Source: Basidiobolus meristosporus CBS 931.73
Lineage: Eukaryota; Fungi; Basidiobolomycota
Assembly: GCA_002104905.1 (NCBI GenBank)
Contig: MCFE01000388.1
Coordinates: forward strand, 1 to 64,000
Direction of reading: 5' to 3'
DNA length: 64,000 bases
Numbering within the stretch: the stretch's first letter is position 1; each line of letters opens with the position of its first letter. This document shows, in pieces, positions 1-13,586 of the stretch. A program made the position numbers and the translations under genes. The notes below the pieces were generated by a model that was not told where the DNA came from, did no database searches, and was given only the letters and a program-made list of their open reading frames with translations.

Positions 1-2121
1 AGAAAGTGCTACAGTTGGTTGCATTCTTGAATTCCATGAAATTGCTCCTTTGCAGTAAAGAAAGGTGTATCCTGTGGTGGATCTTCTGTCTTCTAAATGT
101 TGTGCCCAATCAGCATCAGAGTATCCATAAGATCCTGTTCTAAATCCTTATAAGTGTATCCTCAGCAGATATCAGCAGTTCCTTTTAGGTATTTAAAAAT
201 CAGCTTAACTGTTGCAATATGATCAGATCCATAGTTCTGATTATGTTGGCTGACAACTCTCACCAGATATGAGATATCTAGAGGTGTTCCAAGCATGATA
301 TACATCAGACTGCCAGCCATAGATTGATAAGGAAAGTCAGGGCTTTCAGATGGCACCTAGCTCTCTTGATTTGGTTGAGTGTTGACCAAGTTAAGGTTTG
401 TCTCCATTGGGGTAGCTGCAGGTTTACAGTTTTCCATTTGGTACTACTTTAGTATATCTTGAATATACTTGGATTGGCTTAGAGTAATAGTCTGGGTACT
501 TCTGTCTATGATGAACTTAATCCCTAAGTAGTAACTGAGTTCCCATAGATCAGACATCTTGAACTCCTTTGATAGGCTGGATTTAGTCTCTTCCAATGTT
601 TCTAGGTTATTGGTGGCTATAATAAGATCATCCACATAGAGAGCTAATAGAACTGGATTTGCTCTATCTGGCTTATAATATATACTATAGTCAGCATTAC
701 TCCTTTTGAAACTCAAAGATTCCAAATAAGAATCTATCTTGCAATTCCAGGCTCTGGGTGATTGCTTGAGACCATAGAGTGACTTTTTAAGCTTGCAGAC
801 CAAATGGGGGTTATTTTTGTCAGCAAACACATCAGGTTGGCTCATATACACATCCTCATCAAGGTCTCCATTCAAAAATACAGTTTTTACATCCATTTGA
901 TGAATAAAAGCTTATATTTGGCTGCAATAGCAAATATTAATCTAATGGAATTACACTTGCTACCGGTGCAAAGGTCTCAGTATAGTCAAGTCCTTTTGTT
1001 TGAGAGTACTCTTTGGCCCCAAGTTTTGCTTTGTATCTTTCAATTGAGCCTTCAGCCTATTATTTTGTCTTGAAGACCCATTGCATCCAGTTGATTTTTG
1101 GTTGATTGGTAACTTGACTAAGTCCCAAGTTTGATTTTCCATCAGGGCCTGATATTCCTCAGTCATTGCAAGTCTCCAAAACTTTGTCTGAGGGCTACTT
1201 AGGGCCTCTTTTACAGTCTGGGGCTCATTAATATGGACTGAATAGGCATAGGCTAAGTTTGTACCCTCATTGATATAGTAATTTGGGCTATTTCATGTAC
1301 ATTTGGATCTCTGGGTATTTAATACTGGAATGATCACTTCTAGGATATTCCTGGGCACTGATTCTGGCTGAACCATGGTTGTCAAGTCCTCTGGAGTGCA
1401 AAAATTCTCATTGTTTTGCTCTGATTCAATTCTGTAAATTGGTGGACTAGAGACCAGATTTTTGTCATCATGTGATGTAATTTTTTGTAAAAATTTTAAA
1501 TTTTAATCAAACAACACATCCCTGGACTTGATTAGCTTCTTGGCTTTGGTATTGTAGAGTCTGTTTGCTTTACTCTCATTGTAGTAGCCCAAAAATATGC
1601 CTTTTACACTTTTGGCTCAAATTCTGACTGATTTCCAGGCAGTTTCTTGGCATATGCCATACACCCATATATTATTATATGTTTTGCACTTGGTCTGTAT
1701 CCATACCATGCTGCAAATGGAGTAGAACCACAAAGTATTCTGTTATAATTCTGACTTTTAAGGTATACAGCTTTGGCAACTGATTCCACCCAAAATCATA
1801 GGATAACTTTTGATCATGGATCATAGATCTTGCTATATCAATTATTGATCTGTTAGCACTTTCTGCTACTTCATTTTGCTGTGGGGAGTATGGTACAGTA
1901 GTCTCTTGCTTTATCCCATGAATTTTGCGGAAGTGGATGAAGAGTTTTGAGGTATATTCCCCACCATTGTCAGAGTGTATTTTCTTGATTTTTTCATAAG
2001 GTTCTCTCTCCAATATGACTTTAAACTCCCTGAGCTTAGACAGAGCTTCTTCCTTTCTCTCCATGAAGTATACCCTTGTGTATTGTGTATAATCATCAAT
2101 AAAAGTGATTAAATACTTTAC
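1..2121 (-). mobile_element. Degenerate Ty1/Copia internal region (copy D): integrase core, RT and start of RNase H; 5'-truncated, runs off window start
   Basis: ORFs 1675-2373 (ITFIDDYT...HSDNGGEY...PYSPQQN), 444-896 (MDVKTVFLNG, LALYVDDL) and 162-356 match Copia IN/RT motifs; broken by stops and frameshifts; family homology stops near 2121. Confidence 0.93.
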
Positions 2122-2454
2122 TTGACCTGATTGAGACATGTGTGAAGAAAGACTAGAACAGTTGAGGTATGTGAAGGATTTACTGTATATGGTAGTCACC
2201 AAAATGCAGCTTGTAATGGACTCTGAGTTGTTTTGATGGATTGTCAAATGATGTTTATAATGCCAGTTGCCTTTGACAACTCCCTCAATACCCAGGATGT
2301 CTAAGTTGGGCAGTGCATGAAGAACCAGCAACTGCTGACTAATCCCCACTACAGCGTGGGATCTTGATATCATTTTAGTATTTGCATCAATCAGATAGAT
2401 GATGCTGATGTGCTGAAATTATGGACAACTGAATAGGAACATTTTATTTTTTAG

Positions 2455-2588
2455 TTGGATTATTTCCTAATTGTTTTGAACCTTGTTTATCTTGAAATAA
2501 TGCTACAGGTATTTTTCAACATACACCTAAGCCTCTGAACAGCTTTCTAAACCACATTGCTTCTTTTGTAGCTTAACCGGCTGCAATA
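2455..2588 (-). mobile_element. Copia RNase H fragment (copy E) into which copy A is inserted
   Basis: Minus strand reads ATKEAMWFRKLFRGLG...ALFQDKQG; abuts the TG of LTR A at 2589. Confidence 0.75.
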
Positions 2589-2935
2589 TGTTGTAAAACT
2601 TTGTAATTCCACCTAAATATTCACCTAACTTAGTCACTTGGATCATTACCCACAAATCCTAGAGAATACTCACCAAATTCCTTGTGGGATTTACTTTGAA
2701 TATTTTCACCAAACTACCAGGTACCCAGAACATGAATATTTTTAAAGTTGTCCAAACAGCCCCAAACTTTGCACACATGCTTTTGGGACCTTTCTTAACC
2801 TATTCTGCAAGTTTGTACTGCCAAGATCAGGTAAAAGTATAAATACCACTTTACATTCAATCAATCATTATGTGAAGACCACTTAATCTACTTGTGCTCC
2901 CAATCACTTCCAATATCTCCAAGACTCTTACAACA
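2589..2935 (+). repeat. 5' LTR of element A
   Basis: TGTTGTAA...CTTACAACA termini, homologous to the other LTRs, followed by degenerate PBS GGTTAGGAGGCC. Confidence 0.92.
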
Positions 2936-3051
2936 GGTTAGGAGGCCCAAGCTGTCACTCTCTGCAACGTCTACTACTGCTATTACTAGAATTTTTCCCT
3001 CTGCTGAAAAGTTGGATGGATCTACTACCAGGTGTGGAAGGTGAGGAAGAA

Positions 3052-5065
3052 GATGCTGCTAAGTATCAGAAGAAAGAACAAAGTGCCTCTGACTGCATTT
3101 GCCTTAAAGTTAAAGACAAATTGCTAATTCTATGCTCAAGAGCAAAAACAGCAAAGAATGCCTGGAAGGCATCAGAAGACACCTACCAGTCATGTTCAGC
3201 TGTTAAGAAAATGTATTTGAGATGAAAATTCTTTATTACAAAGATGCAGTCAGGTGAAGAAATGCACAATCTAATTAACAGAACTACCCTGCTGGTAGTC
3301 AAAATGGAATCTGTGGGTGTACAAGCTACTGATGAGGATGTGATAGTTAGCATCCTGAATAGCCTGACAGATAAGATTCAGGGACTTGTATCAGCCATAG
3401 AGTCCAGAACTGAATATTTGACCTTAAATTACATATATGGAAGGCTCCTGGATGAAGAATTAAGGAAATCAAGCGCCAATAAGAAGGAAGAAGAGAATGC
3501 TTTAATAAGCAATGACAACCAACAGAGGAGGTACCCAAGACCCTACAAAGGCAACAGCAACCTATTTTGCAACTACTGCAAAAGGAAAGGACACACATCA
3601 GACCGGTGTTTCAAAAAGAAAGATTATCAGCAAAAGAAGCCTGAATATGGAAATGCTGCAACAACTGAAGATAGACTATTCATATCTGCACTAAATATGA
3701 CCACAATCAAGGATTCTCAGATGTGGTATATTGACTCTGGAGCATCTCAACACTTTACACACCAAAAAGAACTTTTTACCCAATATCAAGAAATTCCAAT
3801 TAAGAAGGTTTTTATGGGTGACAATAGAACACTTGATGCAGTGGGAGAAGGAACTTTCCAAGTAAACCTTAGAAGCAGTGAAGGAAGCCATACACTGACC
3901 TTTAAAGAAGTACTTTATGTACCAGAAATAGCCAAGAACCTACACTCTGTAAGCAAGGCCACAACAGAAGGACTCAGTTTCAGTTTTGACAATTCTGGAT
4001 GCAGGATCACCAATCAAAATGGTGACCATATTGCTGTGGGCATCAGAGATCAGAGTCTATAGAAGCCTTAGAGTACCAGAAGAAAGAACAAAGTGCCTTT
4101 AACTGCATTTGCCTTAATGTCAAGGACAAATTGCTAATTCAATGCTCACAAGCAAAGACGGCAAAGAATGCCTCAAAAGCATTAGAAGACACCCACCAGT
4201 CATGTTCAGCTGCCAAGAAAATGCATCTGAGACAAAAATTCTTTACTACAAAGATGCTGCCAGGAGAAGAAATGAAAAATCTAATAACAGAATTACCCTG
4301 CTGGTAGATGAGATGGAATCTGTGGGCGTACCAACTACTAATGAGGATGTGATAGTTACCATCCTGAATAGCCTGACAGACAAGTTTCAGGGCCTTGTAT
4401 CAGCCCTAGAGTCCAGAACTGAAGAGTTGACCTTAAATTACGTATATGGAAGGCTCCTGGATGAAGAATTAAGGAAATCAAGTGCCAATAAGAAGGAAGA
4501 AGAAAATGCTTTAATAAGCAGTGATAGCCAACAAAGAAGGCTCCCAAGACCCTACAAAGGCAACAGCAACCTATTTTGCAACTACTGCAAAAGGAAAGGA
4601 CACACATCAGACCAGTGTCTCAAAAAGAGAGATTATCAGCAAAAGAAGACTGAATAAAGAAATGCTGCAACAGCTGAGGATAGACTACTTATATCTGCAC
4701 TAAATATGACCACACCCAAGGATTCTCAGATGTGGTACATTGGCTCTGGAGTATCTCAACACTTTACACACCAAAAAGAACTTTTTACCCAATATCAAGA
4801 AACTCCAATTAAGAAGGTTTTCATGGGTGACAATAGAACACTTGATGCAGTGGGAGAAGGAGCTTTTTAAGTAAGCCTTAGAAGCAGTGAAGGAAGCCAT
4901 ACATTAACCTTCAATGATGTACTCTATGTACCAGAAATAGCCAAGAATCTACTATCTGTAAGCAAAGCCACTGCACAGGACTCAGATTCAGCTTTGACAG
5001 TTCTGGATGCAGGATTACCAATCAAAATGGTGCCCATATTGCTTTGGGCATCAGATATCATAATC
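3052..5065 (+). repeat. Tandem duplication of gag-protease segment inside element A
   Basis: ORFs 3244-4062 and 4142-4657 plus downstream frames encode the same Gag/zinc-knuckle (CNYCKRKGHTSDRC)/protease region twice; junction at ~4060. Confidence 0.85.
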
Positions 5066-7182
5066 TATACAAGTTGACTTATATTCCATCATATCTGGAA
5101 GCTAATATATGTAACTTAAAGGAAGAAACACCAATGCTTTGGCACAGAAGATTTGGGCACATCAATTTTGATTATATGCGCAAAATGATCAAGGATCAGC
5201 TAATTTCTGGAGTAAAAATTGATCCCCCAGCTAGTTTGGAGCACTGTGAAGCCTGCATATATGGGAAATAAGCCAGACAGCTGTTCAAGAGCTCTGGATT
5301 GAACAAAACTATGAAAAATTAGATCTAATCCACTCAGATCTGTGTGGACCTATACAAAATTTATCCTTAGGTGAGATGAAATATTCAATCACTATAATTG
5401 ATTATTATACAAGATACATGTGGATCTACTTCATGGAGAGAAAGGAAGAAGCTCTGTCTAAGTTCAGGAAGTTCAGTGCCATAGTGAAGAGACAAACTGG
5501 TGAAAAAATCAAGAAAACATGCTCTTACAATAGTGGAGAATATACCTCAAAACTCTTCATCCACTTCTGCAAAATTCATGGGATAAAGCAAGAGACTACT
5601 GTACCATACTCTCCACAGCAAAATGGAGTAGCAGAAAGTGCTAACAGATCAATAATTGATATAGCAAGATCTATGATCCATGATCAAAAATTATCCTATG
5701 ATTTTTGGGTGGAATCAGTTGCACTGCATGTACCTTAAAAATAGGAGTTATAACAGGATACTCTGTGATTCTACTCCATTTAAACATGGTATGGGTACAG
5801 ATCAAGTGCAGAACATCTAAAAATATTTGGGTCCACAGCATATGCCAAGAAACTGCCTGGAAATTAGTCAAAATTTAAGCCAAAAATTGGAAAATGCTTA
5901 TTTTTGGGCTACTGCAATGAGAGTAAGGCATACAGACTCTACAATACCACAGCAAAGAGGCTGATCAAGTCCATGGATGTGTTGTGTGCTGAATATTCAA
6001 AATTCTCACAAAAATAACGTTAGATGATGACAAAAATTTGATATCAAGTCCACCCATAGTCAGGATTGAATCAGAGCAAAATAATGAAAACTTTTTCATT
6101 CCACAGGACTCTACAACTGTGACTCAGTCAGAATCTATGTCCAGGAATATCCCAGAAGTGATCATTCCTGTATCAAATGCTAGGAGATCCAACTGAACAA
6201 GAAATAGCCCAAATTACTATATCAATCAGGGTACAAACTTAGCCTATGCCTATTCTGTCCATATTGGTGAGCCCTACACTCTAAAAGAGTGCCTAAATAG
6301 CCCTCAGACAAAGTTTTGCAGATCTGCAATGACTGAGGAACATCAGGCCCTAGTGGAAAATCAATCTTGGGACTTTGTCAAACTACCAATCAACCTAAGA
6401 TCAGTTAGATGCAGATGGGTCTTCAAGACAAAATAAAAGGCTGATGGTACAATTGAAAGATACAAAGCAAGACTTGTGGCCAAAGAATACTCTCAAACAA
6501 AAGGATTTGACTATACTGAGACCTTTGCACTGGTAGCCATGTTTAACTCCATTAGATAAATATTGGCTATTGCAGCCAAACATAAGTTTTTAAATCATCT
6601 AATGAATGTAAAGCGGCATTTTTGAATGGAGAACATGATGAGGATGTGTATATGAACCAGCTGGATGGGTTTGTTGATCAAGATAACCCCCATTTGGTCT
6701 GCAAGCTTAAAAAGCTACTATATGTTCTCAAACAATCACCAAGAGCCTGGAATTGCAAGATAGATTCTTATTTGGGATCTTTGAGTTTCCAAAGGAGTAT
6801 TGATGACTATAGTGTTGACTATAAGCCAGATAGAGCAAGTCTAGCTTTGTTAGCTCTATATCTAAAGATCTTACAATAGTTACTAGTAGCCTAGAAACTT
6901 TGTAAGGGACTAATTCTGGCATATCTAAGGAGTCCAAGATGTCCATTAGAGGAGAACTCAGCTACTTCTTAGGAATAAAATTCTACATAGACAGAAGTAA
7001 CTGAACTATCATCCCTAGCCAGTCCAAGTATATTCAAGATATACTTAAGTGGTACAAAATGGATAGCTATCCCAAGGGAGGCAAACTCTGACTTGTTTAA
7101 AACTCAATCAAATCATGAGGACTTAGTACCATCTAAAAGCCCCAACTTCCCTTATGATTCAATGGTTGGCAGTCTAATGTAT

Positions 7183-7530
7183 TGTTGTAGAAATTTGTAA
7201 TTCCACCTAAATATTCACCTAACTTAGTCACTTAGATCATTACCCTCAAATCCTAGAGAATACTGACCAAAATCCTTGTTGGGATTTACTTAGAATATTT
7301 TCACCAAAATACCAGGTACCCAGAACATGAAATTCTCAAAGTTGTCCAAACAGCCCCAAACTTTGCACACATGTTCTTGGGACCTTCCTTGACCTATTCT
7401 ATGTGCTTGTAATGCCAAGACCAGGTAAAAGTATAAATACTACTTTTACATTCAATAAATCATTAAGTGATAACCACAAAATCTACTTGTCCTCCCAATC
7501 ACTTCCAATATCTCAAAGACTCTTACAACA
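7183..7530 (+). repeat. 5' LTR of element B
   Basis: TGTTG...CAACA, 348 bp. Confidence 0.95.
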
Positions 7531-7542
7531 GGTTATGAGCCC
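7531..7542 (+). promoter_or_regulatory. Primer-binding site complementary to anticodon arm of initiator tRNA-Met (half-tRNA priming)
   Basis: GGTTATGAGCCC directly after LTR = reverse complement of GGGCUCAUAACC of fungal tRNAiMet; same motif at 17914-17925 and 13441-13452 (minus). Confidence 0.88.
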
Positions 7543-10500
7543 CCAGCTGTCACTCTCTGCAATGTCTACTACTGCTATTACTGGAATTTTTCCCTCTGCT
7601 GAAAAGTTGGATGGATCTAACTTCCAAGTGTGGAAGGTGAAGATGAAAATGCTGCTACAAGAATGAGGCCTTTGGGATATTGTAATGGGAGAAGAATGCT
7701 CTCCTAAAAACGTGGGAGAGGAAGCCTTAAATTACCAGAAGAAAGAACAAAGTGCCTTTAACTGCATTTGCCTTAATGTCAAGGACAAATTGCTAATTCA
7801 ATGCTCAAGAGCAAAAACAGCAAAGAATGCCTGGAAAGCATTAGAAGACACCCACCAGTCATGTTCAGCTGCCAAGAAAATGCATCTGAGACAAAAATTC
7901 TTTACTACAAAGATGCTACCAGGAGAAGAAATGAAAAATCTAATTAACAGAACTACCCTGCTGGTAGTCAAAATGGAATCTGTGGGTGTACAAACTACTG
8001 ATGAGGATGTGATAGTTACCATCCTGAATAGCCTGACAAATGCGTTTCCGGGCCTTGTATCAGCCCTAGAGTCCAGAACTGAAGATTTGACCTTAAATTA
8101 CATGTATGGAAGGCTCCTGGATGAAGAATTAAGAAAATCAAGGGCCAATAAGAAGGAAGAAGAAAATACTTTAATAAGCAGATAATAACCAACAAAGGAG
8201 GTACCCAAGACCCTACAAAGGCAACAGCAACCTATTTTGCAACCACTGCAAATGGAAAGGACACACATCAGACCGGTGTCTCAAAAAGAAAGATAATCAG
8301 CAAAAGACACCTGAATATGGAAATGCTGCTGCAACTGAAGATAGACTATTTGTATCTGCACTAAATATGACCACAAACAAGGATTCTCAGACATGGTATA
8401 TTGACTCTGGGGCTTCTCAACACTTTACACACCAAAAAGAACTTTTTACCCAATTTCAAGTAATTCCAATTAAGAAGGTTTTCATGGGTGACAATAGAAC
8501 GCTTGATGCAGTGGGAGAAGGAACTATTCAAGTAAGCCTTAGAAGCAGTGAAGGAAGCCTTACACTGACCTTTAAAGAAGTACTCTATGTACCAGAAATA
8601 GCCAAGAACCTACTCTCTGTAAGCAAGGCCACTGCAGAAGGACTCAGTTTCAGTTTTGACAATTCTGAATGCAGGATCACTGCTCAAAATGGTGCCCATA
8701 TTGCTTTGGGCATCAGAGATCAGAATCTATACAAGTTAACTTATATTCCATCATATTTGGTAGCCAATATAAGTAACGTAAATGAAGAAACACCAATGCT
8801 TTGGCATAGGAGATTTGGACATGTCAATTTTGATTATTTGCGTAAAATGATCAAAGATCAGCTAATTTCTGGAGTGAAAATTGATTCCCCAGCTAATTTG
8901 GAGCACTGTGAAGCCTGCATATATGGGAAACAAGTCAGACAGCTGTTCAAGAGCTCTGGGTTAATCAAAACTAAGAAAAAATTAGATCTAATTCACTTAG
9001 ATCTGTGTTGACCTATGCAAAATTTATCCTTAGGCGGGATGAAGTATCTAATCACTCTTATTGATGATTATACAAGATACACATGGGTCTACTTCATGGA
9101 GAGAAAGGAAGAAGCTCTGTCTAAGTTCAGGGAGTTTAAAGCCATGGTGGAGAGAGAAACTGGTGAAAAAATCAAGAAAATACGCTCTGACAATGGCGGA
9201 GATTATACCTCAAAACTTTTCATCTACTTCTGCAGAATTCATGGGATAAAGAAAGAGACTACTGTTCCATACTCCCCACAGCAAAATGGAGTAGCAGAAT
9301 GAGCTAACAGATCAATAATTGATATGGCAATATCTATGATCCATGATCAAAAATTATCCTATGATTTTTGGGTGGAATCAGTAGCCACTGCTGTATTCCT
9401 TAAAAATAGGAGTTATAACAGAATACTTCGTGATTCTACTCCATTTGAAGCATGGTATGGATACAGACCAAGTGCAGAACATCTAAGAATATTTGGGTGT
9501 ACAGCATATGCCAAAAAACTGGCCCGAAATCAGTCAAAATTTGAGCCAAAAATTTTAAAATGCATATTTTTGGGCTACTGCTATGAGAGTAAGGCATACA
9601 GACTCAACAATACTGAAGCAAAGAAGCTGATCAAGTCCAGGGATGTGTTGTTTGATGAAAATTCAAAACTTTCACAAAAAGTGACATCAGATGATGACAA
9701 AAATTTGATCTCAAGTCCACCAATTGTCAGGATTGAATCAGAGCAAAACAATGGAAATTTTTCACTCCAGAGGACTCTACAACTGTGGTTCAGCCAGAAT
9801 CAGTGCCCAGGAATATCTCAGAAGTGATGATTCCAGTATCAGATGCCCAGAGATCCAATTGGACAAGAAATAGCCCAAATTACTATATCTATGAGGGTAC
9901 AAACTTAGCCTATGCCTATTCAGTCCATATTGATGAACCCCAGACTCTAAAAGAGGCCCTAAATAGCCCTCAGACAAAGTTTTGGAGATCTGCAATGACT
10001 GAGGAATATCAGGCCCTGATGGAAAATCAAACTTGGGACTTAGTCAAGTTACCAATCAACCAAAAATCAATTGGATGCAATGGGTCTTCAAGACAAAATA
10101 ATAGGCTGAAGGCTCAATTGAAAGATACAAAGCAAGGCTTGTAGCCAAAGGATACTCTCAAACAAAAGGACTTGACTACACTGAGACCTTTGCACCGGTA
10201 GCCAAGTTTAATTCCATTAGATTAATATTGGCTATTGCAGCAAAATATAAGTTTTTTATTCATCAAATGGATGTAAAAACTGCATTTTTGAATGGAGAAC
10301 TTGATGAGGACGTGTATATGGACCAGCCTGATGGGTTTGTTGACCAAGATAACCCCCATTTGGTCTGCCAGCTTAAAAAGTCACTATGTGGTCTCAAACA
10401 ATCACCAAGAGCCTGGAATTGCAAGATAGATTCTTATTTGGAATCTTTGAGTTTCAAAAGGAGTAATGCTGACTATAGTATATATTATAAGCCAGATAGA

Positions 10501-11506
10501 GCAAATCCAGTTCTATTAGCTCTATATGTGGATGATCTTATTATAGCCACCAATAACCTAGAAACATTGGAAGAAACTAAATCCAGCCTATCTAAGGAGT
10601 TCCAGATGTCCAATCCAGGAGAACTCAGCTACTACTTAGGGATTAAGTTCACCATAGACAGAAGTACCCAGACTATCACCCTAAGCCAATCCAAGTATAT
10701 TCAAGATATACTAAAGAAGTACCAAATGGAAGACTGTAAACTGGCAGCTATCCCAATGGAGACAAACCTTAACTTGGTCAAAACTCAACCAAATCAAGAG
10801 AGCTTGGTGCCATCTGAAAGCCCTGACTTTCCTTATCAATCTATGGCTGGTAGTCTGATGTATATCATGCTTGGAACACATCTAGATATCTCATATCTGG
10901 TGGGAGTTGTCAGCCAACATAATTAGAACTATGGATCTGATCATATTACAGCAGTTAAAGGGATTTTTAGATACCTAAAAGGAACTGCTGATATCTGCTT
11001 AAGATACACTTATAATGATTCAGAACAGGATCTTGTGGGATACTCTGATGCTGATTGGGGATGAGATTTAGAAGACAGAAGATCCACCACAGGATACACC
11101 TTTCTTTACTGTCAAGGAGCAATTTCTTGGAATTCAAGAAAGCAACCAACTGTAGCACTTTCTACCACAGAAGCAGAGTATATGGCAGCCTGTGAAGCTA
11201 CAAAAGAAGCAATGTGGTTAAGAAAACCTTTTACAGATTTAGGCCTATGTCAAACAACGCCTATTACTTTATTTCAAGATAATCAAGGATGTATAAAATT
11301 TGGTAGAAATCCAACTTTTCATGCTAGAACCAAGCACATATATATTAGACATTATTTCATATGTGAAGCTATAGAGAATAACTTAGTTAGCTTAGTTTAC
11401 TGTCCTACAGATGAAATGATTGCAGATATATTTACCAAACCATTAGCTAAAGACAAGTTTGAATATCTTAGGTCAAAATTAGGACTAGTCAGTATGAACA
11501 TTTAGC

Positions 11507-11516
11507 TGAGTGGGAG
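11507..11516 (+). promoter_or_regulatory. Polypurine tract of element B
   Basis: TGAGTGGGAG immediately 5' of the 3' LTR; same tract in element C at 13937-13946 (minus). Confidence 0.85.
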
Positions 11517-11866
11517 TGTTGTAAAAATCTGTAATTCCACCTAAATATTCACCTAACTTAGTCACTTAGATCATTACCTTCAAATCCTAGAGAATACTGA
11601 CCAAGATCCTTGTTGGGATTTACTTAGAATATTTTCATCAAAATACCAGGTACCCAGAACATGAAAATTCTTCAAAGTTGTCCAAACAGCCCCAAACTTT
11701 GCACACATGTTCTTGGGACCTTCCTTAATCTATTTTACATGCTTGTAATGCCAAGACCAGGTAAAAGTATTAATACTACTTTTACATTCAATAAATCATT
11801 AAGTGAAAACCACAAAATCTACTTGTCCTTGCAATCACTTCCAATATCTCCAAGACTCTTACAACA
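11517..11866 (+). repeat. 3' LTR of element B
   Basis: TGTTG...CAACA, 350 bp, a few percent diverged from 5' LTR by eye. Confidence 0.95.
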
Positions 11867-12642
11867 TGTATATCATGCTTAGAACCTGTCCAGATAGCTC
11901 GTATTCAGTGAGAGTTGTCAGCTAGCATAACTAGAACTATAGATCTGATTATATTCCAGCATTTAAGCAGATTTTTAGATGCCTATAAGGAACTGCCAAT
12001 ATCTGCTTAAGGCTTGTATATCAGTATTCAGAACAGGATCTTGTGGAATACTCTGATGCTGATTGAGGGCAATATTTAGAAGTCAGAAGATGCACCATAG
12101 GATACACCTTTCTTTATTGCAAAGAAACAATTTCTTAGAATCCAAGAAAGCAACCTACTATAGCACTTTCCACCACAGAGGCATAGTATATGGCAGCCTG
12201 TGAAGCTACAAAAGAGCAATGTGGCTAAGAAAGCTGCTCAGAGGCTTAGGCCTATGTTGAAGAATACCTATTGCATTATTTCAAGATAATTAAGGTTCAA
12301 AACAATTAGGTAACAATCCAACATTTCATGCCAGAAATAAATATATGGATATTAGACATCATTCCATATATGAAACTATAGAGAACAACTTGGTTAGCTT
12401 AGTTTACTGTCCTACAGATGAAATGATTGCAGACATATTAACTAAACCTTAAGCTGGAGATAAGTTTGAATATCATAGGTTAAAGTTTGGACTAGTTAGT
12501 ATGAGCATTTAATTGAGTGTGAGTATTGTAAAGATTTGTAACTTAGTTACTTAGATTATTTCCTTCAAATCCTGGAGAATACTGACCAAATTCCTTGTTT
12601 GGATTTACTTAAAATATTTTCACCAAAATATCATGTACTTAG

Positions 12643-12987
12643 TGTTGTAAAATTTGTAGTTCCACCTGAATATTCACCTGACTAAGTCACTCAGATCATG
12701 ACCTACATAGCTTATAGAACATTAACCAAATTCCTTGTCAGGATTTACTTGGTATATTTTCTCCAAAACATCAGGTATGCAGAACATGGAATTACTAAAA
12801 GTTGTCCAAACAGCCCCAGACTTTGCACACTTACTCTTGGGACCTTCTAAATGCATTCTAGATATTGGTATGCTAAGATCATGTGAAAGTATATATACTA
12901 CTTTACATTCATTAAGTCAATAGGTGAAGACCACAGACTCTACTTGTTCTCTCAATCACTTCCAATATCTCCAACACTCTTGCTGCA
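12643..12987 (+). repeat. Diverged solo/orphan LTR of the same family
   Basis: TGTTGTAAAATTTGTAGTTCCACC...CTCTTGCTGCA, collinear with the other LTRs; no TSD found. Confidence 0.8.
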
Positions 12988-13586
12988 GTTTGTACACCAA
13001 CTGATTGAATCTCATCAGCCAGTAGGGTAACTGTGTGAATCAGATATTTGTATCTTCTCCTGGCAGCATCTTTGCAGTAAAGAAATTTTGTCCAAGATAC
13101 TTTTTCTTTGCTGTTGAACATGACTGGCAGGTGTCTTCAAATGCCTTCCAAGCATTATTTGCCATTTATGCTCTTGAGCATGAAGCATTAGCAATTTGTT
13201 GTTAACATTCAGTGAAAAGCAGTTAATGGCACACTGTTCTTTCTTCTGATGCTTTATGGCTACTTCTCCTATGCTTTTTGAGGGGAATTCTTCTCCCACA
13301 ACAATATCCCAAAGGCCTCTTCCCTTTAGTAGCATCTTCATCTTCAGCTTCCACACTTGGTACTTAGATCCATCCATCTTTTCAGCTAAGGGAAGCATTC
13401 CAGTAATGGTAGTAGTATGATTGCAGAGAGTGACAGCTTTGGGCTCATAACCTGTTGTAAGAGCCTTGGCAATATTGGAAGTTACTGTAAGAACCAGTAG
13501 AATATGTGGTTTTCACTTAAAAATATATACAGTAAAAGCAGAACTGATACTTTTACATGATCTTGGCAGGATGAACATGTAAAATA
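12988..13586 (-). mobile_element. Old Copia copy F: gag start, PBS and part of 5' LTR (LTR continues at 18281-18493 beyond element C)
   Basis: ORF 13015-13398 (EKMDGSKYQVWKLKMKMLL), PBS 13441-13452, LTR from 13453 broken at AAATA. Confidence 0.82.

Larger units (their letters stand above)
7183..11866 (+). mobile_element. Full-length but disabled Copia element B nested in RT of element A
   Basis: LTRs 7183-7530 and 11517-11866; 5-bp TSD TGTAT at 7178-7182 and 11867-11871; PBS 7531-7542; PPT before 11517; gag-PR-IN-RT-RH with several in-frame stops. Confidence 0.96.
2589..12642 (+). mobile_element. Old Copia element A, interrupted by element B; 3' LTR truncated
   Basis: 5' LTR 2589-2935, degenerate PBS, gag-PR-IN-RT with many stops to 7182; RT/RNase H resumes at 11867 (..MY|IML..), PPT-like TTGAGTGTGAG ~12513-12523, partial 3' LTR 12524-12642. 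Confidence 0.88.

Noticed and set aside
10924-10926. Shared TAG as evidence of a TAG=Gln genetic code
   Set aside because: Host genes here (IPI1, HROB, MOD5, HOP2, ATG16) end at TAG at their expected C-termini
7183-11866. Elements A and B as a head-to-tail tandem array sharing LTRs
   Set aside because: TGTAT TSD and resumption of A's RT at 11867 show nesting, not tandem duplication
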